DNA of 64,000 nt from Candidatus Moraniibacteriota bacterium (GCA_026396275.1 JAPLXC010000005.1:1615-65614), one strand, 5' to 3'; counted from the stretch's first letter, positions 36,305 through 45,868 are shown. The notes: a model not told the origin generated them from the sequence alone. Numbers and translations are program-made.

Positions 36305-36652
36305 TTAAACTGGTCTTATTTCTTCATACAATTTTGCTCCTCCGATGAGATGCAAATGAACATGAGGAACCTCCTGTCCCCCGTCTTTTCCCGTTCGAAA
36401 CAACAGCTTGTATCCCTTTCCCGCAATTCCCGTTTGCCGGGCAATGTTTCGAGCGGTAATTATCAATTTTCCAATGAGCTCTTTGTCATTTTCCTCTAAA
36501 TCATTGGTGCTGGCGATATGCTTTTTGGGAATAATCAAAATATGGACTGGTGCAATAGGATGAATATCTTTGAACGCCAAGACATCGTTATTTTCATAAA
36601 CAATCTCTGCCGATATTTCTTTGGCAACAATTTTGCAAAAAATACAATCCAT
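36305..36652 (-). CDS. HIT-family hydrolase
   Basis: HVHLHLIGG histidine triad. Confidence 0.85.
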   Translation of the reverse strand: MDCIFCKIVAKEISAEIVYENNDVLAFKDIHPIAPVHILIIPKKHIASTNDLEENDKELIGKLIITARNIARQTGIAGKGYKLLFRTGKDGGQEVPHVHLHLIGGAKLYEEIRPV

Positions 36653-36685
36653 AATTCCTGAATTATCCGCTGCGCAATACCACGC

Positions 36686-38098
36686 TTATTGTTTTAAAAC
36701 AATTACCGGACTTTTGAGAATTTTTCTCACTGCTGTGATTAGCTTTTCGCCGGTAACTGTCTCTTGAGTTCCGCTTACCATGTCTTTTACGATTACTGTT
36801 CCGTCCAAGGCCTCTTTCTGGCCGATAATAAGGGTAATTTCCACTCCCAATCGATCAGCTATCCGCAACTGCGATTTTAAACTGCCTCTGCCAAAACTTT
36901 CTGCTACGAGGATGCCGTTTTTCTCCAATTCGGAAAACAGCCGCAAGCTTTTCTTTTTAGCTAGATCCCCGAGTTGTGCCAGAAAGATTCTGGGTTTGGG
37001 TTCCCGGTATGGTTTGGCGTTCACCCTTTTCATTTCCAGCACCAGACGGTCCAGTCCCAGGCCAAAACCAATGGCTGGGGTGGATTCGCTTCCGAGCAGT
37101 TTAATGAGATCATCATATCTTCCTCCGCCCCCAAGGGAATATTTTCGTCCTTCTTCTTCCTCTGACCAAATTTCAAAGACGGTTTTCGTGTAATAATCTA
37201 GCCCTCTTACCAATCGCGGATTAATAAAGTACGGGAGATCCAGCTCGTCCAGATATTCCAGAAGATTCTTAAAATGCACGCGGCACGGCGCGCACAAGTG
37301 ATCAACTGATTGGGGCGCGGCCGCCGCCAACTGAGCACATTTGTCCTCTTTGCAGTCCAGAATGCGCAAGGGGCTGACTTCTAATCTTTTCCTGCAGTTT
37401 TGGCACAGTTTATGTTTTTTTGATTCCAGATAGGAAACCAGGAGTTTTTGGTACCCCGGACGACATTCCCCGCAGCCGATGCTATTAACCTGAAACTGGA
37501 TGTTTTTTATTCCCAAACTGCTAACTACTCGCTGGGCCAGCTGAATGACTTGAGCGTCCAGGATGGGATCCTGCTCGCCAAAGACATCAAAATTTGCCTG
37601 CCAGTGTTCCCGATAACGTCCTTCCTGGGGACGATCGTAGCGGTAAACCTGGCCCACTGAAAAAAGCTTTACCGGTTTCGGCCACACGTTCATCCCATGC
37701 TGAATATAAGCCCGCGCTATCCCGGCCGTAAATTCCGGGCGAAGCGCTACTTTATCCCCGCCCTTAGTGACGAAGGTGTACATTTCTTTTTCCACAATAT
37801 CAGTTCCTCGGCCAATCGAACGGGCAAAAAGATTGGAATATTCCAGCACCGGCGTGTCAATTCTTTTAAATCCGAATTCCTGTGCCGCCCGACCAACAAC
37901 TCTCCTCACCTGATTCCAATAGGGCTGTTCCCCCGGCAAAATGTCGCGCATTCCTCTAGGCGGCTGAAGAAAAATAATTTCTTCCGTCGGAAGTTCCTTT
38001 TTCTTCCTGACGCTTTTTTTCGCCACAGGTCTCCTCGGCGCTTTGGCTCGACGCTTTGTTTTTTTCGAATTTTTTCTCCTGTCTTTGCCTTTCACCAT
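36686..38098 (-). CDS. hisS: histidyl-tRNA synthetase with Lys/Arg-rich N-terminal extension
   Basis: Class II HisRS motifs and an anticodon-binding domain. The first ~40 aa are highly basic. Confidence 0.9.
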   Translation of the reverse strand: MVKGKDRRKNSKKTKRRAKAPRRPVAKKSVRKKKELPTEEIIFLQPPRGMRDILPGEQPYWNQVRRVVGRAAQEFGFKRIDTPVLEYSNLFARSIGRGTDIVEKEMYTFVTKGGDKVALRPEFTAGIARAYIQHGMNVWPKPVKLFSVGQVYRYDRPQEGRYREHWQANFDVFGEQDPILDAQVIQLAQRVVSSLGIKNIQFQVNSIGCGECRPGYQKLLVSYLESKKHKLCQNCRKRLEVSPLRILDCKEDKCAQLAAAAPQSVDHLCAPCRVHFKNLLEYLDELDLPYFINPRLVRGLDYYTKTVFEIWSEEEEGRKYSLGGGGRYDDLIKLLGSESTPAIGFGLGLDRLVLEMKRVNAKPYREPKPRIFLAQLGDLAKKKSLRLFSELEKNGILVAESFGRGSLKSQLRIADRLGVEITLIIGQKEALDGTVIVKDMVSGTQETVTGEKLITAVRKILKSPVIVLKQ

Positions 38099-38149
38099 AT
38101 TTTTTTCTTAACTTATCGCTAAAAATTGACTGTGAATTTACGGACCGAG

Positions 38150-38788
38150 TTAAAAAACCGATGCTTTCTCAAGCGGCCAGGCGCGGAGAATAACTTTCCC
38201 GATAACTTCATCACTTTTGAGCGGCCCCCAGGAACGCGAGTCGTGGCTGGACGAACGGTTGTCTCCTAATACAAAATACTCATCGCCTCCCAGCTGGAGC
38301 ACAACACTGCCGGCGGTCTTTACGCCAGAAGCCAGATATTCACTTTCATCCAAAATGGAGCCACCCGGATTTCTCGCATTGTAGATTAAAACTTCTCCAT
38401 TTTCTATTGCTATCTTTTCTCCAGGAAGACCAATCACCCGTTTGATAAAATACTGCTGGTGATTTTTAGGATAGCGAAACACAATCACATCTCCTCTTTT
38501 AAGTTCCTTGAAGGGACGGATTGAAAAAAAGTGAATTTTATCAAAACCGACATCCGTCTTTTTATATCCCAGCTCATTAATAATAAGATATTCACCATCT
38601 TCAAAAGACGTTTCCATTGAAGCGCCCTGAACAAAAAATGGCTGAAAAAGAAAGACCCTGATCGGCACGATAATCACCAGCGCCCAGAGGAAAACTTTAA
38701 CAACTTCCACAATAAAACTGCCTACTCCGTAGTATGATTCTTTCCGGCTGTGGCCAGCGTAATTTTTTCCCGGATTGTCTTTTTTCAC
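38150..38788 (-). CDS. lepB: signal peptidase I
   Basis: GASMETSF and ...GDNRSSSHDSR S26 motifs. Confidence 0.85.
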   Translation of the reverse strand: MKKDNPGKNYAGHSRKESYYGVGSFIVEVVKVFLWALVIIVPIRVFLFQPFFVQGASMETSFEDGEYLIINELGYKKTDVGFDKIHFFSIRPFKELKRGDVIVFRYPKNHQQYFIKRVIGLPGEKIAIENGEVLIYNARNPGGSILDESEYLASGVKTAGSVVLQLGGDEYFVLGDNRSSSHDSRSWGPLKSDEVIGKVILRAWPLEKASVF

Positions 38789-38878
38789 GGTTATTTCCCT
38801 AAAAAGATGCTAAACATACTCATCTTATCATCTTTTTTCTGTCTTTGCAAGGGCGGTCTCCGGCGTAACTTTTGACAT

Positions 38879-40390
38879 TTGCCTCCAAGCTGGGATACTA
38901 TGAAAACGATGGATGTGATCAATATCAAAAGTGACAAAAAGAGTAAAAAAAATGTAATACTGCTGGTTGTTGCAGTTCTCTTTTTAATAATCGCATTGGG
39001 GGGGATATATTTCGGCTGGAAAATCCACGCGGTTAGCAAAAGAATTAATATCAGCAACAGCACTGGTGTTTCTTTTACTGATAATGTCCAAGCGGTGGCT
39101 TCTTTAGTTGTTCCCTCCTCGCGTCAAGTTCTCAAAGGGGAAGAAGAAGGCAGGATAAACGTTCTGCTGCTTGGAACAGCCGGTGAAAATCAGCCGGGCA
39201 AAAACTTGACCGACACGATAATGATTATGAGCATCAACACCGCCAGTAAAAAAGTGGCTCTTCTGTCTCTTCCTCGTGATTTATATGTCTCTGCTCTCGG
39301 AAAATCCTGCGCGACAAGAATTAATGAAGTCTACCATTGCGGTCTCCTCCACGGCGAAGGGGTTGATCCGATCAAAAGCGTCGTAGAAGAGATTACCGGA
39401 ATTCCGATTCACTATTTCCTGGCTTTGGATTTTGAGGGATTTAAAAAAATTATTGATGATATTGGAGGGATCAATATTATGGTTGAGCGCGACATTTATG
39501 ATCCCCGCTATCCCGGGCCAAATTACAGCTACGAGACCTTCGAAATAAAAAAAGGCCTCCACCATATAGATGGAGCAACAGCATTGAAATACGCCCGGGA
39601 GCGCCATGCTGACCCTGAAGGCGATTTTGGCCGGGCTCGCCGCCAACAACAGATCATTCAAGCGTTTAAAAATAAAGTGTTCTCCCTGCAAACCTTCCTC
39701 AATGTTTTCAAATTAAACAGTCTGCTCAACACTTTAGAAAAAAATATAAAAACTAATGTCTCGCTGGAGAAAATTGAAAGTTTTATCCACTTAAGCAAAC
39801 AAGTTGATAGCCAGAACGTCACCAATATTGTAGTTGATGCCTGGAAAAAAGACAGTCTTTTGAAAGTATCCCATCTGCAAAGAGGAGACCTGCGCGTGTT
39901 TATCTTGATCCCACGAGTGGGAAATTTCAGCGAAATTCAGGAATTAGCGCAAAATATATTCGATGTTGAGAAAATACGCGAGCGCTGGGCGGAAATTGAG
40001 AAAGAAAAGGCAAGTATCGCGATAATAAATCAAAGCAGCGACAAAAACCTGGCAGTCAAGATTCAAAATTTGTTAAGGGAAAAGCTGAAGCTTACTGATG
40101 TCAAACTGATTACCTCTCGTAGCACAATCAGCAGAGACAATACAATAATTATCGATAATACTTCAGGAAAAAAACTTTTTTCTCTTGACGAATTGATCAA
40201 AAAACTGCCGGCTACTTTAGGCAAAGAAAGAAATGATATAATAAGCGTGAGCACAGATTCAGATTTTGTTATCCTGTTAGGAAAAGACCTGGAGAAAACC
40301 TACGCTTTTGAGGAGGACAGTATTGAGGAGTTTAACAAAGCAAGCGAGGATCAGGAATATTTCTTAAATAATCAGCAAACTAAATACTAA
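38879..40390 (+). CDS. LytR-CpsA-Psr (LCP) family protein with C-terminal extension
   Basis: LLLGTAGENQPGKNLTDTIMIM...LPRDLYV LCP core. Confidence 0.8.
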   Translation: MPPSWDTMKTMDVINIKSDKKSKKNVILLVVAVLFLIIALGGIYFGWKIHAVSKRINISNSTGVSFTDNVQAVASLVVPSSRQVLKGEEEGRINVLLLGTAGENQPGKNLTDTIMIMSINTASKKVALLSLPRDLYVSALGKSCATRINEVYHCGLLHGEGVDPIKSVVEEITGIPIHYFLALDFEGFKKIIDDIGGINIMVERDIYDPRYPGPNYSYETFEIKKGLHHIDGATALKYARERHADPEGDFGRARRQQQIIQAFKNKVFSLQTFLNVFKLNSLLNTLEKNIKTNVSLEKIESFIHLSKQVDSQNVTNIVVDAWKKDSLLKVSHLQRGDLRVFILIPRVGNFSEIQELAQNIFDVEKIRERWAEIEKEKASIAIINQSSDKNLAVKIQNLLREKLKLTDVKLITSRSTISRDNTIIIDNTSGKKLFSLDELIKKLPATLGKERNDIISVSTDSDFVILLGKDLEKTYAFEEDSIEEFNKASEDQEYFLNNQQTKY

Positions 40391-40394
40391 CAAA

Positions 40395-40934
40395 ATGAAA
40401 ATAATAATCGGTCTGGGTAATCCCGGAAAAAAATATGCGAATACCCGCCATAATGTCGGGTTTATGATAGTGGATAAATTGCGGGAAGCGTGGGACTTCT
40501 CTGCTTTTGAATTAAATAAGAAATTTAATTCTGAAATTTTAGAAGGAAATATAGATGGAAAAAAAATAATGCTCGTCAAACCGCAAACTTTCATGAATTT
40601 ATCCGGCGAAGCAGCAAGAAAGATTTTAGATTTCTATAAATTGACGCCGGCCGACATTATTGTTATTCACGACGATTTAGATATTGATCTTGGAAAATTC
40701 AAAATTTCCGACGATTCCTGCGCAGCAGGACATAACGGTGTGCAGGATATTATTGATAAATTAAGCACACAAAAATTTAAAAGAGTAAGAATTGGAATCG
40801 AGGGCGAAGAAAAAAATAAAAGCCGGACAGTCCCCAGCGAAGATTTCGTGCTTCAAAAATTTGAAGATGTAGAATTAGGAAAAATAGAAAAAGTTTTAGA
40901 AGAAATTCTAGAAGAGCTAAGAAACTCTTTATAA
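40395..40934 (+). CDS. pth: peptidyl-tRNA hydrolase
   Basis: MKIIIGLGNPGKKYANTRHNVGF. Confidence 0.9.
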   Translation: MKIIIGLGNPGKKYANTRHNVGFMIVDKLREAWDFSAFELNKKFNSEILEGNIDGKKIMLVKPQTFMNLSGEAARKILDFYKLTPADIIVIHDDLDIDLGKFKISDDSCAAGHNGVQDIIDKLSTQKFKRVRIGIEGEEKNKSRTVPSEDFVLQKFEDVELGKIEKVLEEILEELRNSL

Positions 40935-40971
40935 TAATCTAGTCACTTTATAATAACCAAAATAAAAGTCA

Positions 40972-41000
40972 TATTACACTATCTGTCGGCCGACATAAGG
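40972..41000. promoter_or_regulatory. 28-bp palindromic operator-like site ACAC-N5-GTCGGCCGAC-N5-GTGT (copy 1)
   Basis: Imperfect palindrome. Two related copies sit upstream of the wHTH gene. Confidence 0.45.
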
Positions 41001-41052
41001 TGTCAAAAGATATTAAATATGCAAATCCATAACTTCCGAATTTATGTTCTGT

Positions 41053-41634
41053 TTAGATAATATTTTTATAAACTTTTTCTACAAGCAAATAATTGACATA
41101 ATTTCCTATTTTTCTTCTTTTTATTTCTTTTATCAAGTCCTCTGTTAAAGAATGCTTGCTTATAAAAACGCTCTCCTGTAATTTTCTGTAGTTTAGAAGA
41201 TATAATTCTTGCCTTAACCAGTTGCGTATTTTTCTTTTATCTTCAGGAATATCAAAAATGACTACTCTGAACTTATTGTCCCATTTTTTATCTAGGGTCT
41301 TTTTTCGATTTAAAACATATTTGGCCAGTATTTTCCCCATTTTTGTTAACACATACTTGTTCCCCCTTTTTTCCACGAAGCCCTGTTTTTGTAATCTTCG
41401 AATGCTCTGTCTTATTGTATTCTCTTTAAAACTGGTCTTTTTTGAAGAGGGTCCTGGCCAATCAAATGATGAGGCGGGAAGATCCGCATAAATTGATGGC
41501 GATAAGAAAGCATTAATAGTTAATTCTCCCATTTGGATTAAGGCAACAAATACCCAGGCCGAAGCATTGAGGGAATTTCTCACAACATTCCTGGTTATAG
41601 CTCTTACCAGTTTCAAGTTTTTCTTCTTTGTCAT
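41053..41634 (-). CDS. winged-helix DNA-binding protein fused to a Cas2-like (VapD/Cas2 fold) C-terminal domain; putative regulator
   Basis: N-terminal wHTH-like (...IRRLQKQGFVEKRGNKYVLTKMG...). C-terminal FRVVIFDIPEDKRKIRNWLRQELYLLNYRKLQESVF...GNYVNYLLVE follows the Cas2 pattern (YDV...RRR...YGxRVQxSVFE...R.YLL). Confidence 0.5.
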   Translation of the reverse strand: MTKKKNLKLVRAITRNVVRNSLNASAWVFVALIQMGELTINAFLSPSIYADLPASSFDWPGPSSKKTSFKENTIRQSIRRLQKQGFVEKRGNKYVLTKMGKILAKYVLNRKKTLDKKWDNKFRVVIFDIPEDKRKIRNWLRQELYLLNYRKLQESVFISKHSLTEDLIKEIKRRKIGNYVNYLLVEKVYKNII

Positions 41635-41679
41635 ATAACCATCTTTTAAAATTAATTCTATATTCCCGCTAGCTATATT

Positions 41680-41708
41680 ACACTATCTCACGGCCGGAGT
41701 AAAGTGTC
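41680..41708. promoter_or_regulatory. 28-bp palindromic operator-like site (copy 2), overlaps the putative promoter of 41053..41634
   Basis: ACACTATCTCACGGCCGGAGTAAAGTGT. On the minus strand a TAATAT -10-like hexamer follows directly. Confidence 0.45.
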
Positions 41709-41754
41709 ATATGACACACTATTTTAGTATTGCTTGTTAAATTAATATTAATTA

Positions 41755-41783
41755 TGTTACATAATCTGGCGGCCGGCGTCAAG
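41755..41783. promoter_or_regulatory. 28-bp palindromic operator-like site (copy 3)
   Basis: ACATAATCTGGCGGCCGGCGTCAAGTGT. Confidence 0.4.
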
Positions 41784-41831
41784 TGTAGTATAATTTATAC
41801 TCTATTATTTCTGAACGCTATTTTGGAAAAT

Positions 41832-42127
41832 AAAAAAGGCAGGTCTTGGTTTCCTAGATCTGCCTTTAAAGATTACTTTCTTTTGCCTTCCACAATTCCA
41901 CCCGCAGTGGCATCCTCACCTGAAAATTCAGGATCAGATACGCTTAACTACTTGCGGACATTAAGGAGGATCGCCCGCTTTGGACTGCGAGCAGAACCAT
42001 GGAAAGCAAACGACGAAGTCGTCCTGAACCCACCTTTGGCGGGTGAAGGATCTCGCAATAATACCGCGAATGGCGTTATTTATTAGATTCATCGACTTCG
42101 TTTGGAATGACAGATTGTTAGGAACTA
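41832..42127 (-). ncRNA. candidate ~300-nt structured transcript of unknown class (own promoter and terminator)
   Basis: Minus-strand promoter TTGACA-17-TATACT at 42134..42162 and an intrinsic terminator hairpin plus T-run at 41832..41866. About 48% GC. No ORF of 60 aa or more. tmRNA, RNase P and SRP hallmarks not found. Confidence 0.35.
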
Positions 42128-42133
42128 ACAATA

Positions 42134-42162
42134 CAGTATAGCAAATTACCGATCATTTGTCA
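42134..42162 (-). promoter_or_regulatory. consensus sigma70 promoter TTGACA-17nt-TATACT (minus strand)
   Basis: Read directly from the sequence. Divergent from dprA. Confidence 0.5.
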
Positions 42163-42193
42163 ACCCTCAAATTTGTGCTAAGATAAAGGCATT

Positions 42194-43297
42194 ATGGAGA
42201 ACAAAAATGACCTAAAACATTTAAACGCTTTGAATAAAATCCCAGGCGTCGGTTCCCAGAAAATGAAAATGCTCCTGAAATTTTTTAAAAGTTCCGAAAA
42301 TATCTGGAAAGCGGATTTGAAAAATCTCAAGGAAAGCAAAATTGGCGAGGCATTGGCTCAAAAAATTATCACGGAAAGAGAAAAAATAAATCCCAGCCTG
42401 GAATGGGAAAAATTAGAAAAAGAAAATATCAGAATAACAACCTTCACTGATGATAATTATCCCAAGCTTCTTAAAGAAATTATCAGCCCGCCGTATATAT
42501 TATATGTAAAGTCCGCCGATATGAATTTTAATTGGAATTCACAGCCGATGGTTGCCATAGTGGGTTCGAGAAAATTCACCCAGTATGGAAAACAGGTGGC
42601 GGAAAATTTCGCCAGAGAGCTGGCGAGAGCCGGAATTTACATTGTGAGCGGAATGGCTTATGGCATTGATTCATTCGCCCACAGGGGAGCGCTGGAAGGC
42701 GGAGGAAAGACCGTTGCCGTGCTGGGTAGCAGTTTAGAAGACAAAAATATCGGCCCGCGGTCCAATTATGAATTATCCCGGGAAATTATGGAAAACGGCG
42801 CGCTAGTTTCTGATTTTCCGACCGGCATTGTCTCTCTTCCCGGCAATTTTCCGGCGCGCAATCGAATTATGGCAGGACTGTCTCTTGGGACAATTGTAAT
42901 TGAAGCGGCGCTTGACAGCGGGAGTTTAATTACGGCCAATTTAGCGCTTGAAGCCAACCGCGAGGTCTTCGCCGTTCCCGGCTCTATCTTTTCTCCCCAG
43001 TCGGAAGGAACGAATAAATTGATTAAAAGCGGCGCCAAATTAGCCGCCAGCGTCACCGATATTCTAGAAGAATTAAACATTGAAAAGAAAGCCAGCGAGG
43101 AAAAAATTAAAAACATAATTCCGGCCACTCCCGAAGAAGAAAAAATTATCAAAAACTTGACGCATGAACCGACTCATATTGACACAATCACCAAACTTAC
43201 TAAACTGGAAGCAAGTGTCGTCTCTGGGACGCTCGCAGTGATGGAAATGAAAGGAATGATAAGGAATATCGGGGGGCAGAATTACATTGTTATATAA
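42194..43297 (+). CDS. dprA: DNA processing protein DprA (Smf)
   Basis: Rossmann-like DprA core (VAIVGSRKFTQYG...VSGMAYGIDS) and a C-terminal wH domain. Confidence 0.85.
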   Translation: MENKNDLKHLNALNKIPGVGSQKMKMLLKFFKSSENIWKADLKNLKESKIGEALAQKIITEREKINPSLEWEKLEKENIRITTFTDDNYPKLLKEIISPPYILYVKSADMNFNWNSQPMVAIVGSRKFTQYGKQVAENFARELARAGIYIVSGMAYGIDSFAHRGALEGGGKTVAVLGSSLEDKNIGPRSNYELSREIMENGALVSDFPTGIVSLPGNFPARNRIMAGLSLGTIVIEAALDSGSLITANLALEANREVFAVPGSIFSPQSEGTNKLIKSGAKLAASVTDILEELNIEKKASEEKIKNIIPATPEEEKIIKNLTHEPTHIDTITKLTKLEASVVSGTLAVMEMKGMIRNIGGQNYIVI

Positions 43298-43372
43298 CAT
43301 ATAACATGAAACATATAACAAATTTTAAAAAATGATTTGTTAGATTGTTACATGTTACGTGTTTCATGTTTC

Positions 43373-45601
43373 ATGAAACTGATTATCGTCGAATCTCCCA
43401 CTAAAGCCAGAACTATTTCCAAATTTTTGGAAAAAATTTATACTGTAAAATCCTCTTATGGCCATGTTCGCGATCTTCCCAAAAGCGAGATGGGAATTGA
43501 CATTGAAAATGATTTTAATCCCCGCTATATTATTCCTACTAAAGCCCGGACCAAAGTTTCAGAGCTTAAAGAACTTTCTAAAAAATCGGATGAGGTGATT
43601 CTGGCCACTGACGAAGACCGCGAAGGAGAAGCAATCGCATGGCACTTGGTTGAGGCACTCGGCCTAAATGCCAGCCGAGATACAAACGTTAAACGTATTG
43701 CATTTCACGAGATTACTAAGAATGCCATATTAAAGGCCTTAGAAAGTCCAAGGAATATTGACATGGATTTGGTCGATGCCCAGCAGGCGCGAAGGATTTT
43801 GGATCGCTTAGTCGGCTATGAACTTTCGCCGTTTTTGTGGAAAAAAGTGAAAAGAGGATTATCAGCCGGACGCGTGCAATCAGTCGCGCTAAGAATCATC
43901 GTGGAAAGAGAAAGGGAAATTGAAAAATTTGAAAAAGAAAATTATTGGGCGATAACCGCTGTACTTTCTAGGGATAAAAATAATTTTGAAGCCGGCCTCG
44001 CAAAAATCGGAGAAAAAAACGTTGAAGAAATCGTCACGCTAAAACTTTTCGCCGGTGACTACAAAACCAAAAAAACTGTCATCGACAGCGAGGCAAGGGC
44101 CAGAGAAATTATTGCCGATTTAGAAAAAGCAAATTACAAAGTAAAAAATATCACCGAAAAGGAAACTTCGCGCTATCCTTCCGCGCCTTTTACCACTTCT
44201 ACTTTGCAGCAGGCGGCCAATGCCAATTTGGGATTTTCCGCCAAGTTCACGATGAGCGTGGCGCAAAAACTTTACGAGCAAGGGCATATTACTTATATGA
44301 GAACCGATAGTGTGAATCTTTCTCTCGAATTAATGCTCGCGGCCAAAAAAATTATTACAAAACTTTTTGGAAAAAACTATGCTCTTCCCAATCCGAGATT
44401 TTATAAAACCAAATCCAAGGGCGCCCAGGAAGCCCATGAAGCCATCCGGCCGACTTATCCCGGCGAGACCCCGGAGGATTTAAAAAACAAGCTAGATCCG
44501 GCCGAATATAAATTGTATAACTTGATTTGGAAAAAAATGATTGCCTGCCAGATGCAGCCGGCAATTTTCGATTCAGTGAAAGCGGAAATTGAAGCCAGTT
44601 ATAAAGGCAATTATCTTTTACGAGCCAATGGTTCAACGCTTAAATTTGACGGGTTTCTGAAGGCATATAACAGCAAAGCACCAGGCGAAAACATTCTGCC
44701 GAAAATGAAAATTGGAGATAAATTAAATTTAATAAAAATTAATTTCGAGGAGAAAGCCACCACCCCTCCGCCGCGATATTCCGAAGCGACATTAATTAAA
44801 GTCCTGGAAGAAAACGGAATCGGCCGGCCGTCCACCTACGCGCCGATTATTTCTACCATCATTGAACGCAAGTATGTTGACAAGAACGAAGAGAAGCGTC
44901 TTTGCCCTCTGGAAATCGGGAAAGTGGTCAATGATCTTCTGGTAGAACATTTTCCCGAAATCGTGGATATTAAATTTACGGCAAACATTGAGGAATACTT
45001 TGATGAAATCGCGGAGGGAAAAAATGAGTGGGTTCCGGTCATTCGCAAATTTTATACGCCTTTTCATAAACACCTGGAGGCGAAAACCAAAGAAGTGAAA
45101 AGAGAAAATGTTCTAGAAAAACTTGATCGTCCTTGCCCTGATTGCGGCGGCGATCTTATTGTAAAATTCGGCCGTTTCGGAAAGTTCATAGCCTGCGCTA
45201 ATTTTCCAAATTGCAAATACACCGAAAAAACAGCCGAGGAAAAAAAGGTGGACGAAGAAAACTCTGGCGTTGTCTGCGACTTGTGCGGCGCCCCGATGAC
45301 AGTCAAGCGCGGAAGATATGGGACTTTTCTAGGATGCTCAAAATATCCTGAATGCAAGGGCATCAAGAAAATTGAAAACAAGATCGGCATGAAGTGCCCG
45401 AAATGCGAAAAGGGAGAAATAGTTGAGCGAAAATCCAAGCGGGGAAAAACCTTTTACGGCTGCAACCGCTGGCCGGAGTGCGATTTCGCGCTTTGGAATA
45501 AACCAACTGGCGAAACTTGCCCGCAATGCGGATCGCTTCTTGGCTATTCTTTCAAAAATAAAATAAAGTGTTCCAGAAAAGAGTGCGATTTTGAAAAGTA
45601 A
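43373..45601 (+). CDS. topA: DNA topoisomerase I with C-terminal zinc ribbons
   Basis: TOPRIM (MKLIIVESPTKARTI, DEDREGE), an active-site Tyr region and four C4 ribbons. Start set at the internal Met. Confidence 0.9.
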   Translation: MKLIIVESPTKARTISKFLEKIYTVKSSYGHVRDLPKSEMGIDIENDFNPRYIIPTKARTKVSELKELSKKSDEVILATDEDREGEAIAWHLVEALGLNASRDTNVKRIAFHEITKNAILKALESPRNIDMDLVDAQQARRILDRLVGYELSPFLWKKVKRGLSAGRVQSVALRIIVEREREIEKFEKENYWAITAVLSRDKNNFEAGLAKIGEKNVEEIVTLKLFAGDYKTKKTVIDSEARAREIIADLEKANYKVKNITEKETSRYPSAPFTTSTLQQAANANLGFSAKFTMSVAQKLYEQGHITYMRTDSVNLSLELMLAAKKIITKLFGKNYALPNPRFYKTKSKGAQEAHEAIRPTYPGETPEDLKNKLDPAEYKLYNLIWKKMIACQMQPAIFDSVKAEIEASYKGNYLLRANGSTLKFDGFLKAYNSKAPGENILPKMKIGDKLNLIKINFEEKATTPPPRYSEATLIKVLEENGIGRPSTYAPIISTIIERKYVDKNEEKRLCPLEIGKVVNDLLVEHFPEIVDIKFTANIEEYFDEIAEGKNEWVPVIRKFYTPFHKHLEAKTKEVKRENVLEKLDRPCPDCGGDLIVKFGRFGKFIACANFPNCKYTEKTAEEKKVDEENSGVVCDLCGAPMTVKRGRYGTFLGCSKYPECKGIKKIENKIGMKCPKCEKGEIVERKSKRGKTFYGCNRWPECDFALWNKPTGETCPQCGSLLGYSFKNKIKCSRKECDFEK

Positions 45602-45868
45602 CATCACGACAGTGTCTGACGAAATCGGGAGTGCTACAATTAATTTTCACTTCAGTATCCTGAAAGATCCTGAAGTTTTTTCATTTACCCACACCAATTC
45701 TTATAAAGACCTTTGGCAATCAATTACTAAAGTCAATAGGCGGCTTCGCCTTACGGCTTTAAATTACCTTGGGGTTTCCCTGGAATTGGTGCGGGGATAT
45801 GCCCAGCATAATTTCTATAACTTTCTTTAAACTTGCTCCTTTCTCCTCTTTCGTATAATCTAAAATAT

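Noticed and set aside
40972-41783. Possible CRISPR array next to the Cas2-like gene
   Set aside because: Only three palindromic repeats with irregular spacing (about 680 and 47 nt). Each is itself palindromic, operator-like, and sits in promoter or terminator positions. There is no regular repeat-spacer periodicity.
41730-42086. 118-aa plus-strand ORF upstream of dprA
   Set aside because: Composition is implausible (MLVKLILIMLHNLAAG...) and it has no SD. The region is better explained as a minus-strand non-coding transcript with its own promoter and terminator.
41832-42127. RNase P RNA, tmRNA or SRP RNA identity for the ~300-nt transcript
   Set aside because: There is no GGAAAGUCCGG/ACAGAAACCCGGCUUA P4 pair, no tRNA-like ends or tag ORF, and no GGAAGCAGCC domain-IV motif by eye. 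Left as an unknown class.
45591-45830. 79-aa ORF between topA and relA
   Set aside because: It overlaps the topA stop, has no SD, and has no recognisable fold. It may be non-coding spacer or a small RNA, and evidence is insufficient either way.
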